A stretch of DNA of 64,000 nucleotides from Nannocystis sp. SCPEA4 (GCF_026626685.1 NZ_JAPNJX010000021.1:297329-361328), one strand, 5' to 3'; shown: positions 38,976 to 48,592, counted from the first letter of the stretch. The notes: a model not told the origin generated them from the letters alone. Program-made: numbers and translations.

Positions 38976-40021
38976 TGCGCGAGCGTCCATAGGGTGGTCA
39001 CGATGCTGTCGACGATCATGACGAAGAAGATGCTGGCGACCGCGGCCCGCGTGGCCGCGATCCCGATGCTGAGCGCCCCGTACCCGCTGTGGAGCCCGGT
39101 GAAGGCGCTGGCGAGCCCGATCACCCACCCGAACAGCACGGACTTGACCGTCCCGAGCCACAGGTCGGCGAGCGTCATCTCTCGCAGCATCGTCTCGAGC
39201 GCCGCCATCCAGTGCGGGTCCCGCCACACCGTCACCAACAAGCCGCCGAGGATGCCGCTGGTCGTCGCGATCAGCGACAGGGCCGGGGTGACGAGCGTGA
39301 TCGCGAACAGACGCGGGACCACCAGATGCCGGACGGGCGAGATCCCCATCACGCGCAGCACGTCGTTCTCCTGGCGCATCTCCATCGTCGACAGCTCCGC
39401 GGCGATGGCCGGGGCAGTGCGACTCGCCAGGAGGATCGCCACGATGAACGGCGCGAACCCGCGGGCCATGCCGATGCCGACGAACTCGAGCACGACCGAC
39501 TCGGTGCCGTAGTAGTGCATCTGCACCCAGGTCTGGAAGTCCAGCACCAGCCCCAGCAAGAAGCTCATCGCCACGGCGATGGGGAGCGCGTCGGCCCCCA
39601 TGAGCTCCACCTGCCCGGCGACGTCGCGCCACGAGAAGGTGCGCCTGCCCACCACGGCACCCACGGCGCCCCGCATCGCCTCGATGGTCATGTCGGCCAG
39701 CGTGACGAGGCCGTGCCACGCCGCGATCGTGAACCTGCCGACGCGCTCGAGCACGCCCGGCTCGCGCGGGAGCTCCGGTCGATTGGGCTCGGGCGTATCG
39801 GCGAGCACGCGCGCGACTTCGGGCGAAGCGCCGTGCAGTTCGACGACGATGCCGGAGCGGCTCAGCTTGCGGGATGCGGCGCGGAGCGCGGCCACGCCGG
39901 TGCTGTCGATGTCCTGGAGCGCGGACAGATCGAGACGAATGACGTCGGGACGCGTCCGTGCTGCGCTCTCGAGCTCACGCAGCAGCGAGCGGGGCCGTAT
40001 CGCATCGAGGCGCACGTCCAT
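38972..40021 (-). CDS. mlaE: MlaE-type ABC permease with an N-terminal STAS (anti-sigma-factor-antagonist-like) domain
   Basis: STAS-like N-terminus MDVRLDAIRPRSLLRELESAARTRPDVIRLDLSALQDIDSTGVAALRAASRKL...VVELHGASPEVARVL; C-terminal MlaE permease TM core; start chosen at M55 of the listed ORF (weak RBS). Confidence 0.65.
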   Translation of the reverse strand: MDVRLDAIRPRSLLRELESAARTRPDVIRLDLSALQDIDSTGVAALRAASRKLSRSGIVVELHGASPEVARVLADTPEPNRPELPREPGVLERVGRFTIAAWHGLVTLADMTIEAMRGAVGAVVGRRTFSWRDVAGQVELMGADALPIAVAMSFLLGLVLDFQTWVQMHYYGTESVVLEFVGIGMARGFAPFIVAILLASRTAPAIAAELSTMEMRQENDVLRVMGISPVRHLVVPRLFAITLVTPALSLIATTSGILGGLLVTVWRDPHWMAALETMLREMTLADLWLGTVKSVLFGWVIGLASAFTGLHSGYGALSIGIAATRAAVASIFFVMIVDSIVTTLWTLAQ

Positions 40022-40305
40022 GGCCGGCAGTCTGACAAAGAGGGCCGCCCCGACCAGCAGCCGGCCACGAAAGCAGCCACCGAGTTCGCGCGCGAGCGCC
40101 ACCCGAGGCGCCCTTCCCGCCCTTCCGCGCCGGGCCACATTCGCGGCCGCCGCCACGTCCTCGTCCCCGGAGCGCGAACGCATCAGCAGCGGATCGCCCG
40201 CTCGCTCACCTCGCGCTCCGTTGCTTTTCGCGGCGCCTCATTCGCCGGAGGCACGAAGGTCGGGACCGACGCGTTCACCTCGAACCAGCACGCACCTGCC
40301 CTCCG

Positions 40306-40659
40306 CTAGAAGAACCGGAACACGCAGCGTGTGCGTTGTGAAGCGTTCCCGTTCAATCGGTGCATCGCAGCAGCGATCGCTTCGAGCTCCGTCGCGGGCT
40401 GACCTTCGCGCTCCTGATAAACTTTGCAGACCGCGTCGAGCTCCGCTGCCCACAGCCAGGTCGCGCCGGTCCAGGCGTCCGCACCGTCGACCGAGCGCGG
40501 GGGAATCAACGCATCGCCGGGATCGTCGGAGCGGGCGCCGCTCAGCAGATCGAAGAGAGCGTAGTCCCGATCCAGGTTGATCTGAGCCCACTGCGGCCCA
40601 ACGACTCGTTGCAAGCCCAGAAGCTCGATGGTGGCGTTCGCGTCCGTCGACATGCGCCC
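40306..40659 (-). CDS. Hypothetical small protein (117 aa)
   Basis: Normal, non-R-rich composition (MSTDANATIELLGLQRVVGPQWAQINLDRDYALFDLL...). It is hidden as the C-terminal part of the long listed ORF 40306..42015 and lies 21 bp downstream of the LysR gene. Confidence 0.5.
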   Translation of the reverse strand, partial: GRMSTDANATIELLGLQRVVGPQWAQINLDRDYALFDLLSGARSDDPGDALIPPRSVDGADAWTGATWLWAAELDAVCKVYQEREGQPATELEAIAAAMHRLNGNASQRTRCVFRFF

Positions 40660-40682
40660 ATCGTAGCGAGATCCGCCGCCGC

Positions 40683-41615
40683 TCATCCGGTAGCGCGCTT
40701 GCCGAGCGCCTGCGTCACGAAGGCCACGAACGACCGCTCGAGCCGGCTCGGCACGCGGTCGAGCAGGCGCACCAGCGAGATCCGGTTGGTCAGCGCTCGC
40801 CGGCGCGTCGTGATCGCCACCAGCTCGTCGCTGGCCAGCGCGCGTGCCACCGTGTGGGCCGGCACCACCCCGAGGCCCATCCCGGCGCTCGTCGCCGCGA
40901 TCACGGCCTGCACGCTCTCGACCGCCAGGGCCGGCTCGAGCCGCGCCGGCACCCGCCCGAAGTGGTGGCGGAACCACCCGCGCACCGCCGGCGCGCTCGC
41001 GTGGTAGTCGACGAAGCGGGCCGCGGCCAGGCGGGCGAACGCGCGGCTGCCCTGCAGCAGCTCGGCCTCGACGGCCGGCGCCGCGATCAGCAGCAGCGCC
41101 TCCTCCATCACCGGCGCGACCTCGAAGCCCGCCAGCCGGGTCCCGGCCGCACCTGTCCCTTCGAACACGTCGGCGAAGCCGAGGTCGAGCCGGCCCTCCT
41201 CGAGCAGCGGCACGATCTCCGCCGGGTGGCCGAGGCGCAGCGTGAAGCGCACGCCCGGGTGCAGGCGCGCGAACGCGGCCAGCACCTCGGGCAGGCGGTG
41301 CGACCCGAACTCGACCGGCGCGCCGATCTGCAGCGTGCCGGCCAGCTCGTGGCGCGCGCGGTGGATCTGCCCGACCCGCTCCTGCAGCCCGGCGACGAAC
41401 GGCGCGACCACGGCGAACAGCGCCTCGCCGGCCGCCGTCGGCACGATCGCGCGGTGGCGGCGGACGAACAGCTGCGCGTTCAGCTCGTCCTCGAGCTTGG
41501 CCAGGCTCTGGCTCACCGCCGACTGCGTCACGTGCAGCGCCGCCGCGGCCGCGCTGACGCTGCGCGCCTCGTGGACGTGGAAGAACACCCGCAGGCGGTT
41601 GAAGTCCGGCAGCAT
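40683..41615 (-). CDS. LysR-family transcriptional regulator
   Basis: N-terminal HTH: ARSVSAAAAALHVTQSAVSQSLAKLEDELNAQLF; LysR substrate-binding domain; divergent from ahcY. Confidence 0.85.
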   Translation of the reverse strand: MLPDFNRLRVFFHVHEARSVSAAAAALHVTQSAVSQSLAKLEDELNAQLFVRRHRAIVPTAAGEALFAVVAPFVAGLQERVGQIHRARHELAGTLQIGAPVEFGSHRLPEVLAAFARLHPGVRFTLRLGHPAEIVPLLEEGRLDLGFADVFEGTGAAGTRLAGFEVAPVMEEALLLIAAPAVEAELLQGSRAFARLAAARFVDYHASAPAVRGWFRHHFGRVPARLEPALAVESVQAVIAATSAGMGLGVVPAHTVARALASDELVAITTRRRALTNRISLVRLLDRVPSRLERSFVAFVTQALGKRATG

Positions 41616-41719
41616 TACTCTGCCTTATACCATCGCTGAGAAACTCGAACGTGACTGATGCGTCGCCCGCCCGCATCTTCGTCGGCGGGAGGGCCCGCGA
41701 GGCGCGGGCGAGCCACGAC

Positions 41720-42991
41720 ATGACGACCAGGACGAACGCGACAGACATCACCGACGAGACCCTGGCCCCGCGCGGGCGCGACAAGATCGAGTGGGCCGAG
41801 CGGGCCATGCCCGTGCTGGCGGCCGTGCGCGAGCGATTCACCCGCGAGCGTCCGCTCGCCGGCGTGCGGGTGGCGGCCTGCTTGCACGTCACCGCCGAGA
41901 CCGCCGCGCTGGTGCGGACCCTCGCGGCCGGCGGCGCCGAGGTGCGGCTGTGCGCCAGCAACCCGCTCAGCACCCAGGACGACGTCGCCGCCTCGCTGGC
42001 GGTGCACGACGGCATCGGCGTGCTCGCCCGCGCCGGCGAGGACCGGGCGACCTACTTCGCCCACCTCGCGGCCGCCCTCGGCCACCGCCCGCAGCTGGCG
42101 ATGGACGACGGCGCCGACCTGGCCACGCTCGTGCACACCAGCCATGCCGCCCTCGGCGACGCGATCGTCGGCGGCACCGAGGAGACCACCACCGGCGTCA
42201 CTCGCCTGCGGTCCATGGCCCGCGAGGGCGTGCTGCGCTACCCGGTGATCGCGGTCAACGACGCCGTCACCAAGCACATGTTCGACAACCGCTACGGCAC
42301 CGGCCAGAGCACCATCGACGGCATCCTGCGGGCCACCAATCGGCTGCTCGCCGGCGCCTGCTTCGTCGTCTGCGGCTACGGCTGGTGCGGCCGCGGCCTG
42401 GCCGCGCGGGCGGCCGGCATGGGCGCGCGCGTGATCGTCACCGAGGTCGACCCGCTGCGCGCGCTCGAGGCGACGATGGACGGCTACCAGGTGCTGCCGA
42501 TCGCCCGCGCCGCCGCGCTCGGCGACGTCTTCGTCACCGTCGCCGGCAACCGCGGCGTCATCGGCGGCCCCGAGTTCGCGGTCATGAAGGACGGCGCCGT
42601 GGTCGCCAACGCCGGTCACTTCGACGTCGAGCTCGACCTCGCGGCGCTCGCCGCCCTCGCCCCGCAGCGGCGGCGGATCCGGCCCTCGCTCGACGAGTAC
42701 CGCCAGCCCGACGGCCGCCGGATCTACCTGCTCGCCGAGGGTCGCCTGGTCAACCTCGCCGCCGCCGAGGGCCACCCGGCCGCGGTCATGGACCTCAGCT
42801 TCGCCGACCAGGCGCTGGCCGCCGAGTACGTGCTCGCCTCGGCGCGCGAGCTCGCCACCGACGTCCACGCCTTGCCGCGCGCGATCGACGAGGACGTCGC
42901 GCGCCTCAAGCTGCGCGCGCTCGGGGTCGAGATCGACGTCCTCAGCGCCGACCAGCGCGACTACCTGCGCGCCTGGACGACCGGCACGTGA
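41720..42991 (+). CDS. ahcY: Adenosylhomocysteinase (S-adenosyl-L-homocysteine hydrolase)
   Basis: Conserved SAHH blocks: TAETAALVRTL, GAEVRLCASNPLSTQDDVAA, the NAD-binding GYGWCGRG region, HFDVE. Listed ORF starts at GTG 41651; ATG 41720 preferred from N-terminal conservation (start uncertain). Confidence 0.85.
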   Translation: MTTRTNATDITDETLAPRGRDKIEWAERAMPVLAAVRERFTRERPLAGVRVAACLHVTAETAALVRTLAAGGAEVRLCASNPLSTQDDVAASLAVHDGIGVLARAGEDRATYFAHLAAALGHRPQLAMDDGADLATLVHTSHAALGDAIVGGTEETTTGVTRLRSMAREGVLRYPVIAVNDAVTKHMFDNRYGTGQSTIDGILRATNRLLAGACFVVCGYGWCGRGLAARAAGMGARVIVTEVDPLRALEATMDGYQVLPIARAAALGDVFVTVAGNRGVIGGPEFAVMKDGAVVANAGHFDVELDLAALAALAPQRRRIRPSLDEYRQPDGRRIYLLAEGRLVNLAAAEGHPAAVMDLSFADQALAAEYVLASARELATDVHALPRAIDEDVARLKLRALGVEIDVLSADQRDYLRAWTTGT

Positions 42992-44041
42992 TCAGATCCA
43001 CGGCCAGTTGACGCGACAGCCGCCGCAGATCCGGTGCGAATTGCGGCGCTCGCTCAGGTGTTGCTCGCGCAGCGCCGCGTAGGCCGGGCCGCCGTAGATC
43101 TCGCGCAGCGTGTTGTCGTTGGCGTTGCCGAGGATCAGCTGGCGCAGCGCCGCGTCCTCGCAGCACGGCGCCACGCGTCCGTCGGCGTACACGTAGAGCT
43201 TGTGCCACGGCGCCGGGCACGGCATCTGCCACTGTGCGTCGTCCATCACCCGCAGGCGCCCGCGCACCGGCGCGGCCCTGTCGGTCTTCTTGAGCTCGCC
43301 GAGCCAGTCGGTGCGGTCGGCGATGCTGACGCGATCGACCCGCGACTGCCAGTAGCGCACGAACTCGGGCAGCTCGTGCACGTTCTCGGCCAGCGTCACG
43401 CACGACACCGTGACCCGCGGCACCTCGCCGCGGTGGGCCCGGCGCAGCGCGAGGAACCGCTCGATGTTGCCGTACACGCGCTCGCGCGAGAGCGGCGGCA
43501 TCACGGCCTCGTAGACCGCCTGCGACAGGCCGTTGACGCTGAAGTTGACCTCCGACCAGCCGCCGAGCTCGAGCATCGCCGCCGCCAGCTCCGGCGTCAG
43601 CATGCTCGCGTTGGAGAAGAAGTTGTACGTCATGCCGGCCGCGCGCACGTACTGCACGCGCTCGAGCCAGCGCCTGTCGACCATCGGTTCGCCGTAGATG
43701 CTGAGGCACACCGACCCGATCCCCCACTCGGCCGCCTCGTCGACCAGGCGGCGGAACAGCTCCATCGGCATCACCCCGACCATCTTGCGCTCGCTGTGGA
43801 CGCACATCGTGCAGCGCGCATTGCACGTCAGCACCGTCTCGATCCACAGCTGCGGCGGCGCCCCGGCGCGCACCGCCGCGTCGGCCGCGGTCACGCGGGT
43901 GCGGATGAAGCGGCGGAACAGCGGCGTGCGCTGCAGCGCCGGCGAGCGGTAGATCCGCTTGGCCAGCGCGACCGCGGCGGGCGAGCGCGCCACCAGCCGC
44001 CGCAGCTGCGCCAGGGACGGGCGCGGGAGCGAGAGCCTCAT
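42992..44041 (-). CDS. Radical SAM enzyme with C-terminal SPASM domain (peptide/protein-modifying maturase family)
   Basis: CxxxCxxC = CNARCTMC; SPASM Cys cluster CPAPWHKLYVYADGRVAPCCEDA...ICGGCRVN; GGAGCGGAGG ~5 nt upstream of ATG 44041; lies tail-to-tail with ahcY with no gap. Confidence 0.8.
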   Translation of the reverse strand: MRLSLPRPSLAQLRRLVARSPAAVALAKRIYRSPALQRTPLFRRFIRTRVTAADAAVRAGAPPQLWIETVLTCNARCTMCVHSERKMVGVMPMELFRRLVDEAAEWGIGSVCLSIYGEPMVDRRWLERVQYVRAAGMTYNFFSNASMLTPELAAAMLELGGWSEVNFSVNGLSQAVYEAVMPPLSRERVYGNIERFLALRRAHRGEVPRVTVSCVTLAENVHELPEFVRYWQSRVDRVSIADRTDWLGELKKTDRAAPVRGRLRVMDDAQWQMPCPAPWHKLYVYADGRVAPCCEDAALRQLILGNANDNTLREIYGGPAYAALREQHLSERRNSHRICGGCRVNWPWI

Positions 44042-44103
44042 GCCGCCTCCGCTCCGCCGGCGGGCGGCGCGACAATCGCAACACATGACCTCAAAGACAG
44101 CAT
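44038..44103 (-). other. Candidate 21-codon small ORF (MLSLRSCVAIVAPPAGGAEAA) translationally coupled to the rSAM/SPASM gene; precursor peptide or leader uORF. Tentative.
   Basis: GGAGG 5 nt upstream of its ATG; its TGA overlaps the rSAM ATG (ATGA). Caveats: rare codons for this genome (TCT, TTG, AGG, TCA, TGT, GTT, ATT), and the ATG sits inside a sequence resembling the ACATGACC-N4-AGACAGC element also seen near 21872. Confidence 0.3.
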
Positions 44104-44321
44104 ACGACCTCCGACGACCGCGCCCGCGGCTCGCAGCAAAGCCATGGTCGCGGTCCTGATCGAGACAGTGGCCGGGGTCGACGCCGTCCGTCACAGTTCG
44201 GCACAGGCGCGATGAATCACAGCACCGCCGCCGGCGTGGCCGCATGCGCCGCCATCCGTCACGCGTGCTCCGGACGTCCTCTCATTCGCCGCAGTCGACG
44301 CCGCGATCGCATCCGCGGCGT

Positions 44322-44470
44322 CGCTGCGCCGTGTGGCCGCACGCCGACCCGTCCGTCTCGCGGGCTTCGGCCGTCGTCACATTCACCAGAGGCGGCGTCA
44401 GGCCGTGTGGCCGCACGCCGCTCCGTCCGTCTCGCGCGCTCGCTGGTCGACGCGTTCGTCACGCGTCTTC
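44322..44470. repeat. Imperfect ~75 bp direct repeats (2-3 copies) in the 520 bp region upstream of the rSAM/SPASM gene
   Basis: Units share cgtgtggccgcacgccg..ccgtccgtctcgcg.gct.cg...cgtcac...ttcac; related CCGTCCGTCAC / CCATCCGTCAC motifs recur at ~44184 and ~44252. Confidence 0.45.
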
Positions 44471-44562
44471 GAATTCACGGGCGGTATGTGTACCAGTGAC
44501 CTGCGCGGACCGACGACGTCGCGGCCCACGCCGCGTCGTCGTCGGCCGCTGCGATCAGGCCT

Positions 44563-46353
44563 TCAGAGCAGCGGGCAATCGGCGGCCGGGTCGGCCGAAA
44601 GCTCGCACGTCGCCTCGACGAACACCCCTGAGTTCGGCGCTCCCGTGCGGAGGATGAAGAACTCGAGGTTGAAGCCCTCGGCGACGCACTCGGGGCTCAT
44701 GTTGTCGATCGAGCTCGGCGTCTCCCCACTGCCGTCGGTCAGCGCGACGAAGCACGACGTGGACCCGGCGGGCACCGTCCACTCGCCGCCGACCTCCATG
44801 CACGGCAGGAGCGCGGTGCGGGTCTCGTTCAGCAGATCGACCTCGAACAGCTCGCAGTTCGCCTCGAGCGTGGGCGTGTTCGGATCGACGTCGGCGACGC
44901 ACCTCGGCATGCAGGCCGGCCGGATCTGGCCGGCGATCTTCCCGGCCATGGTCGCCAGCGCCGCGTCGTAGCTGTCGTCGCAGATCGAGAACAGGTCGCG
45001 GTCCTCGCCGACCGCGAACGCCTCGGCGAACACGCGCTCGCGCACCGGCGGGATCGCGGTGAGACCGTCGGCACCGAGGCAGCCGGGGCCGATGCCGAAG
45101 TCGGTCTGGAACTGCGGATCGGGCGCGTCCTCGTACACGATCTCGGCGTCGTGCGACTCGTAGCCGACGGGCACGCCCGCGAGCATCATGACCCGCACCT
45201 CCGCGTCCGGATCGAACACCTTCTTCTCGTCCTCGATCGCCTGCACGAAGTCGATGTAGCGCGCCAGCGGCTGCAGCACCGCCTGCTCGTCGGGTACGTC
45301 GAACGAGCCGTCGATGCCGAAGTTGGCCGAGGTGCAGGTCTCGAACGTCGGCCCGGCGCCCGTGCACGCCACCCCAGCGTTCCAGCACGCCGCGCTCGTC
45401 GGCGCCGCCGCGTCCGGGTCCTCCCAGAACACCTTGTTGGTGGTGAAGATCGCGTCGTTGGCCCGCGAGCAGTCGGCCTCGTCGCTGACCACGATCACCG
45501 ACAGGCTCGCGTGCGGGCGCATGAAGCCGTGGTTGGTCGGCGACGTGTCGTCGTTCGCCCGGCTCAGCGCGAGGAACATCGACTCGAGGTGCGACTCCAT
45601 CCCGCAACCGGCGACCCCCTGCGGGATGAAGCACTGCAGCGCGTCGATCGGATCGACGCCGTCGGGCAGGTTGGACACGCTATTGATCTTCTCGACCCAA
45701 TTGCGCGGCGCGAGCGCGCCGTTCGACAGGTGCGTCTCGGTCGGCTTGATCGGCAGGTCGGCGTCGGTCAGCGCGCAGAGGTCGGTGCACGCCGACGACG
45801 CGTCCTCGCCGAGCACCTCGAACTCGCCCAGCGCCACCCGATCGATGCAGCTCGTCAGCTGCAGCCTCCCGCGCTCCGGCGTGGTGACCATCTCGTCGCA
45901 GCGCGGGTTGCCGCTGTCGGTCGTGGTGATGCCGATGCGGTAGTTGAGGCCCTCGATCCGATCGAGGAAGCTGTCCATGGCCGCCGCCAGCTTGGCCTGC
46001 CGCGTGGCCATCGACAACGAATTGTCGATCACGAACAGGATGTCGGCGTCGGCGTTGAAGGCGATCACCACCGGCTCCGTCGGCTCCGGACCGTCGGTCG
46101 GATCGCCCTCGGTGTCCGTGCTCGGCCCGTCGGTCGGATCGGCGGTGGTCGGCGGGGCCGTCGTCGTCGGCGGGTCGTTCGTGGTCGGACCGTCGGTCGC
46201 CGGGCCATCGGTGATCGTCGTGTCGTCGCCGTCGGTCTCCTCGCCGGGGTGGCGCTCGGTGCACGCGGAAGCCGCGACGATCGCCGAACACAGGCCGAGG
46301 GAGCGCATCGAGTCAAGCCAAGGAGTCGAGTTCATGGCGGAGTTATAACGCAT
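44563..46353 (-). CDS. Secreted lipoprotein with a vWA-like domain and Cys-rich C-terminal region; paralog of 10825..11874
   Basis: GGAGG 8 nt upstream of ATG 46353; signal peptide ending ...MRSLGLCSAIVAASAC (lipobox); ILFVIDNSLSMATRQ (MIDAS-like); T/P/D-rich linker. Confidence 0.7.
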   Translation of the reverse strand: MRYNSAMNSTPWLDSMRSLGLCSAIVAASACTERHPGEETDGDDTTITDGPATDGPTTNDPPTTTAPPTTADPTDGPSTDTEGDPTDGPEPTEPVVIAFNADADILFVIDNSLSMATRQAKLAAAMDSFLDRIEGLNYRIGITTTDSGNPRCDEMVTTPERGRLQLTSCIDRVALGEFEVLGEDASSACTDLCALTDADLPIKPTETHLSNGALAPRNWVEKINSVSNLPDGVDPIDALQCFIPQGVAGCGMESHLESMFLALSRANDDTSPTNHGFMRPHASLSVIVVSDEADCSRANDAIFTTNKVFWEDPDAAAPTSAACWNAGVACTGAGPTFETCTSANFGIDGSFDVPDEQAVLQPLARYIDFVQAIEDEKKVFDPDAEVRVMMLAGVPVGYESHDAEIVYEDAPDPQFQTDFGIGPGCLGADGLTAIPPVRERVFAEAFAVGEDRDLFSICDDSYDAALATMAGKIAGQIRPACMPRCVADVDPNTPTLEANCELFEVDLLNETRTALLPCMEVGGEWTVPAGSTSCFVALTDGSGETPSSIDNMSPECVAEGFNLEFFILRTGAPNSGVFVEATCELSADPAADCPLL

Positions 46354-46550
46354 GGTCGAAACCTCCGCCGCGACCACGGCCGAGTTCGTGGTTCTCTCGG
46401 AGCAGTGCCCCGTTCCGTCATGGTCGGCGCGCGTGCTCGCGGGGCGAACTCGCGCCTGGGGCCCGCCTGACCGAAAGAATACCGACATGACGTCGCATGA
46501 TTCTCAAGACATGTCCGAACGGCCACTCCGCCCCCGCCTCGAACGCGCAC

Positions 46551-47534
46551 TCACGCGACGTGGACGACGACCTTGCCGGTGGTGCTCCGCGCCGCCATCG
46601 CCTCGTGCGCCCGCGCGACCTCGGCGAGCGCGAACGTCTGCCCGATCACCGGCTCGATCCGCCCCGACGCCGCCCATTCGAGCACCTCGACGAGGGCAGC
46701 CTGTCGCTCCGCGAGCGGCAGGGTGAACGTGGCGAAGCCGACGATCGACTGGTTCTGCGCGAGCAGCCCGGTCATCTGCTCGCGGCTCCACGCGGTGTCG
46801 AACATGCAGTCGGCGCCGAACAGCACCAGCCGTCCGCGCGGCGCCAGGGCTTCCAGGCTGCGGGCCGCGATCGCCCCGCCGCCGGCCACGAACACCACGT
46901 CGGCGCCGCGCCCCTCCGTCGCCTCGCGCACCTGGGCCGGCCACGCCGGATCGGCCATGTCGACCGTCGCCGCCGCGCCGAGGCGCGTCACCAGGGCGCG
47001 CTTGTCCGCGCGGCTCGCCGCCCCGATCACCCGCCCGGCCCCGAGCGCACGCGCCAGCTGCACCAGCAGCGTCCCCACGCCGCCGGCCGCCGAGGGCACG
47101 AACACCGACTCGCCGCCGCGCAGCTGGGCGCCGAGCCGCAGCCCGAGCAGGGCCGTGGGCCCCTGCGCCGGCAGGGCCACCGCCTGCGCGAACGACAGCG
47201 CGTCGGGGATCGCCAGTACGGTCGCCGCCGGCGCGACCGCGTACTCGGCGAGGCCGCCCTGATTCGGCAGCGTGGCGACCACGCGCGTCCCGGCCGCGAG
47301 CCCGCGCACCGCCGACCCGACCGCCTCGACCACGCCCGCCGCCTCGAGCCCCGGCACGAACGGCAGCGGCGGCGCGCCCATCATGTGCCCGGCGCGCTGC
47401 CCCAGATCGGTGTAGTTGAGCCCCGCGGCGTGCACCCGCAGCAGGACCTCGTGCTCACCGGGCTGCGGCACGGCCACCTCCTCGCAGCGGAGCTCCTCGG
47501 GCCCGCCGAACCTGTGAATCCGGATCGCTCTCAT
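46551..47534 (-). CDS. NADPH:quinone oxidoreductase / zinc-type alcohol dehydrogenase-like (MDR superfamily)
   Basis: 327 aa; G-rich NAD(P) fold region GAAGGVGTLLVQLARALGA; typical Qor architecture; divergent from the AraC regulator gene. Confidence 0.8.
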   Translation of the reverse strand: MRAIRIHRFGGPEELRCEEVAVPQPGEHEVLLRVHAAGLNYTDLGQRAGHMMGAPPLPFVPGLEAAGVVEAVGSAVRGLAAGTRVVATLPNQGGLAEYAVAPAATVLAIPDALSFAQAVALPAQGPTALLGLRLGAQLRGGESVFVPSAAGGVGTLLVQLARALGAGRVIGAASRADKRALVTRLGAAATVDMADPAWPAQVREATEGRGADVVFVAGGGAIAARSLEALAPRGRLVLFGADCMFDTAWSREQMTGLLAQNQSIVGFATFTLPLAERQAALVEVLEWAASGRIEPVIGQTFALAEVARAHEAMAARSTTGKVVVHVA

Positions 47535-47602
47535 CCTCGTCCCATCTCCTGCGCGCCGACCGGCGCGCCGGGTGGTCTATAGTCCGGGACGACAGGACGA
47601 AC

Positions 47603-48574
47603 ATGCGTCAGAAATCCGAATTCATGGTTCGAGCGTCCGGCCGTCGTCCCGGGATCGACGTGCTCGCCGACGTCCTGCGCGGCGTGCGTCTGCAGAGCCG
47701 CGTGCACGCCCGCTACGAGATGACCGCACCGTGGGGCATGCGCATCGACAGTTCGCCGCACCCGCTGTTCTACGCGGTCATGCGCGGCAGCTGCCTGCTG
47801 ACGACCGACGACGCCGAGCTGGCGCTGGCCGGCGGCGACTTCGTGTTCATCCCCGCGGGCACGCGGTTCAGCCTGCGCGACCGCCGAGGCACGAAGGCGC
47901 TGCCGGTGGCCGAGGTGTACGCCACGCGGGTCCCGCTGCAGTGCGGCGGCCTCCTCCATTACGGCGGCGGCGGGGCCCCGGTCACGATCGTGGCCGGCTC
48001 GTTCGCCTTCGAGGGCGAGGCCTTGAGCCCATTGGCCGGACAGCTGCCGACCCTGCTGCACGTCAAGGCCGACGCGGCCGACTCGCCGCGCTGGCTGGAG
48101 CCGACCCTGCGCTTCGTCGCCGCCGAGATCGAGGCCAAGCAGCCCGGCCACGAGACGGTCGTCAGTCGCCTCGCCGACGTGCTGTTCGTCCAGGCGCTGC
48201 GCGCTCACATGTCCTCGGAGTCAGGCGAGAGCGGCTGGCTGCGCGCGCTCGTCGACCCGCGGATCGGCGCGGTGCTGCAGCGCGTCCACGAGAAGCCGCA
48301 GGCGCCGTGGACTCTGGCCGGCCTGGCGCGCCTGGCCGGCATGTCGCGCTCGGTGTTCGCCGAGCGCTTCAAGGCGCTGGTCGGCGACGCCCCGCTGGCC
48401 TACGTCACCCGCTGGCGCATGCACCGGGCGATGGCCCTGCTGCGCGACCGCGACGCCTCGCTGGCCGACGTCGCCCGCGCCGTCGGCTACGAGACCGACG
48501 GCGCGTTCGGCAAGGCGTTCAAGCGGCACGTGGGCGTCACCCCCGGCCAGTTCCGCCGCGACGCGCCCGCGTGA
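47603..48574 (+). CDS. AraC-family transcriptional regulator (cupin-like N-domain + HTH_18)
   Basis: C-terminal HTH ...WTLAGLARLAGMSRSVFAERFKALVGDAPLAYVTRWRMHRAMALL...ADVARAVGYETDGAFGKAFKRHVGVTP; AGGACG upstream of ATG. Confidence 0.85.
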   Translation: MRQKSEFMVRASGRRPGIDVLADVLRGVRLQSRVHARYEMTAPWGMRIDSSPHPLFYAVMRGSCLLTTDDAELALAGGDFVFIPAGTRFSLRDRRGTKALPVAEVYATRVPLQCGGLLHYGGGGAPVTIVAGSFAFEGEALSPLAGQLPTLLHVKADAADSPRWLEPTLRFVAAEIEAKQPGHETVVSRLADVLFVQALRAHMSSESGESGWLRALVDPRIGAVLQRVHEKPQAPWTLAGLARLAGMSRSVFAERFKALVGDAPLAYVTRWRMHRAMALLRDRDASLADVARAVGYETDGAFGKAFKRHVGVTPGQFRRDAPA

Positions 48575-48592
48575 ACCTCGCGTGGCGCAGGG

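Noticed and set aside
44086-44245. Alternative longer starts for the rSAM/SPASM gene (ATG 44086 giving MCCDCRAARRRSGGG..., or the listed ORF start 44245)
   Set aside because: The extra N-terminal residues are Arg/Cys/Gly-rich junk-like sequence. ATG 44041 has the better Shine-Dalgarno (GGAGCGGAGG) and leaves a typical ~75-aa N-terminal region before CxxxCxxC.
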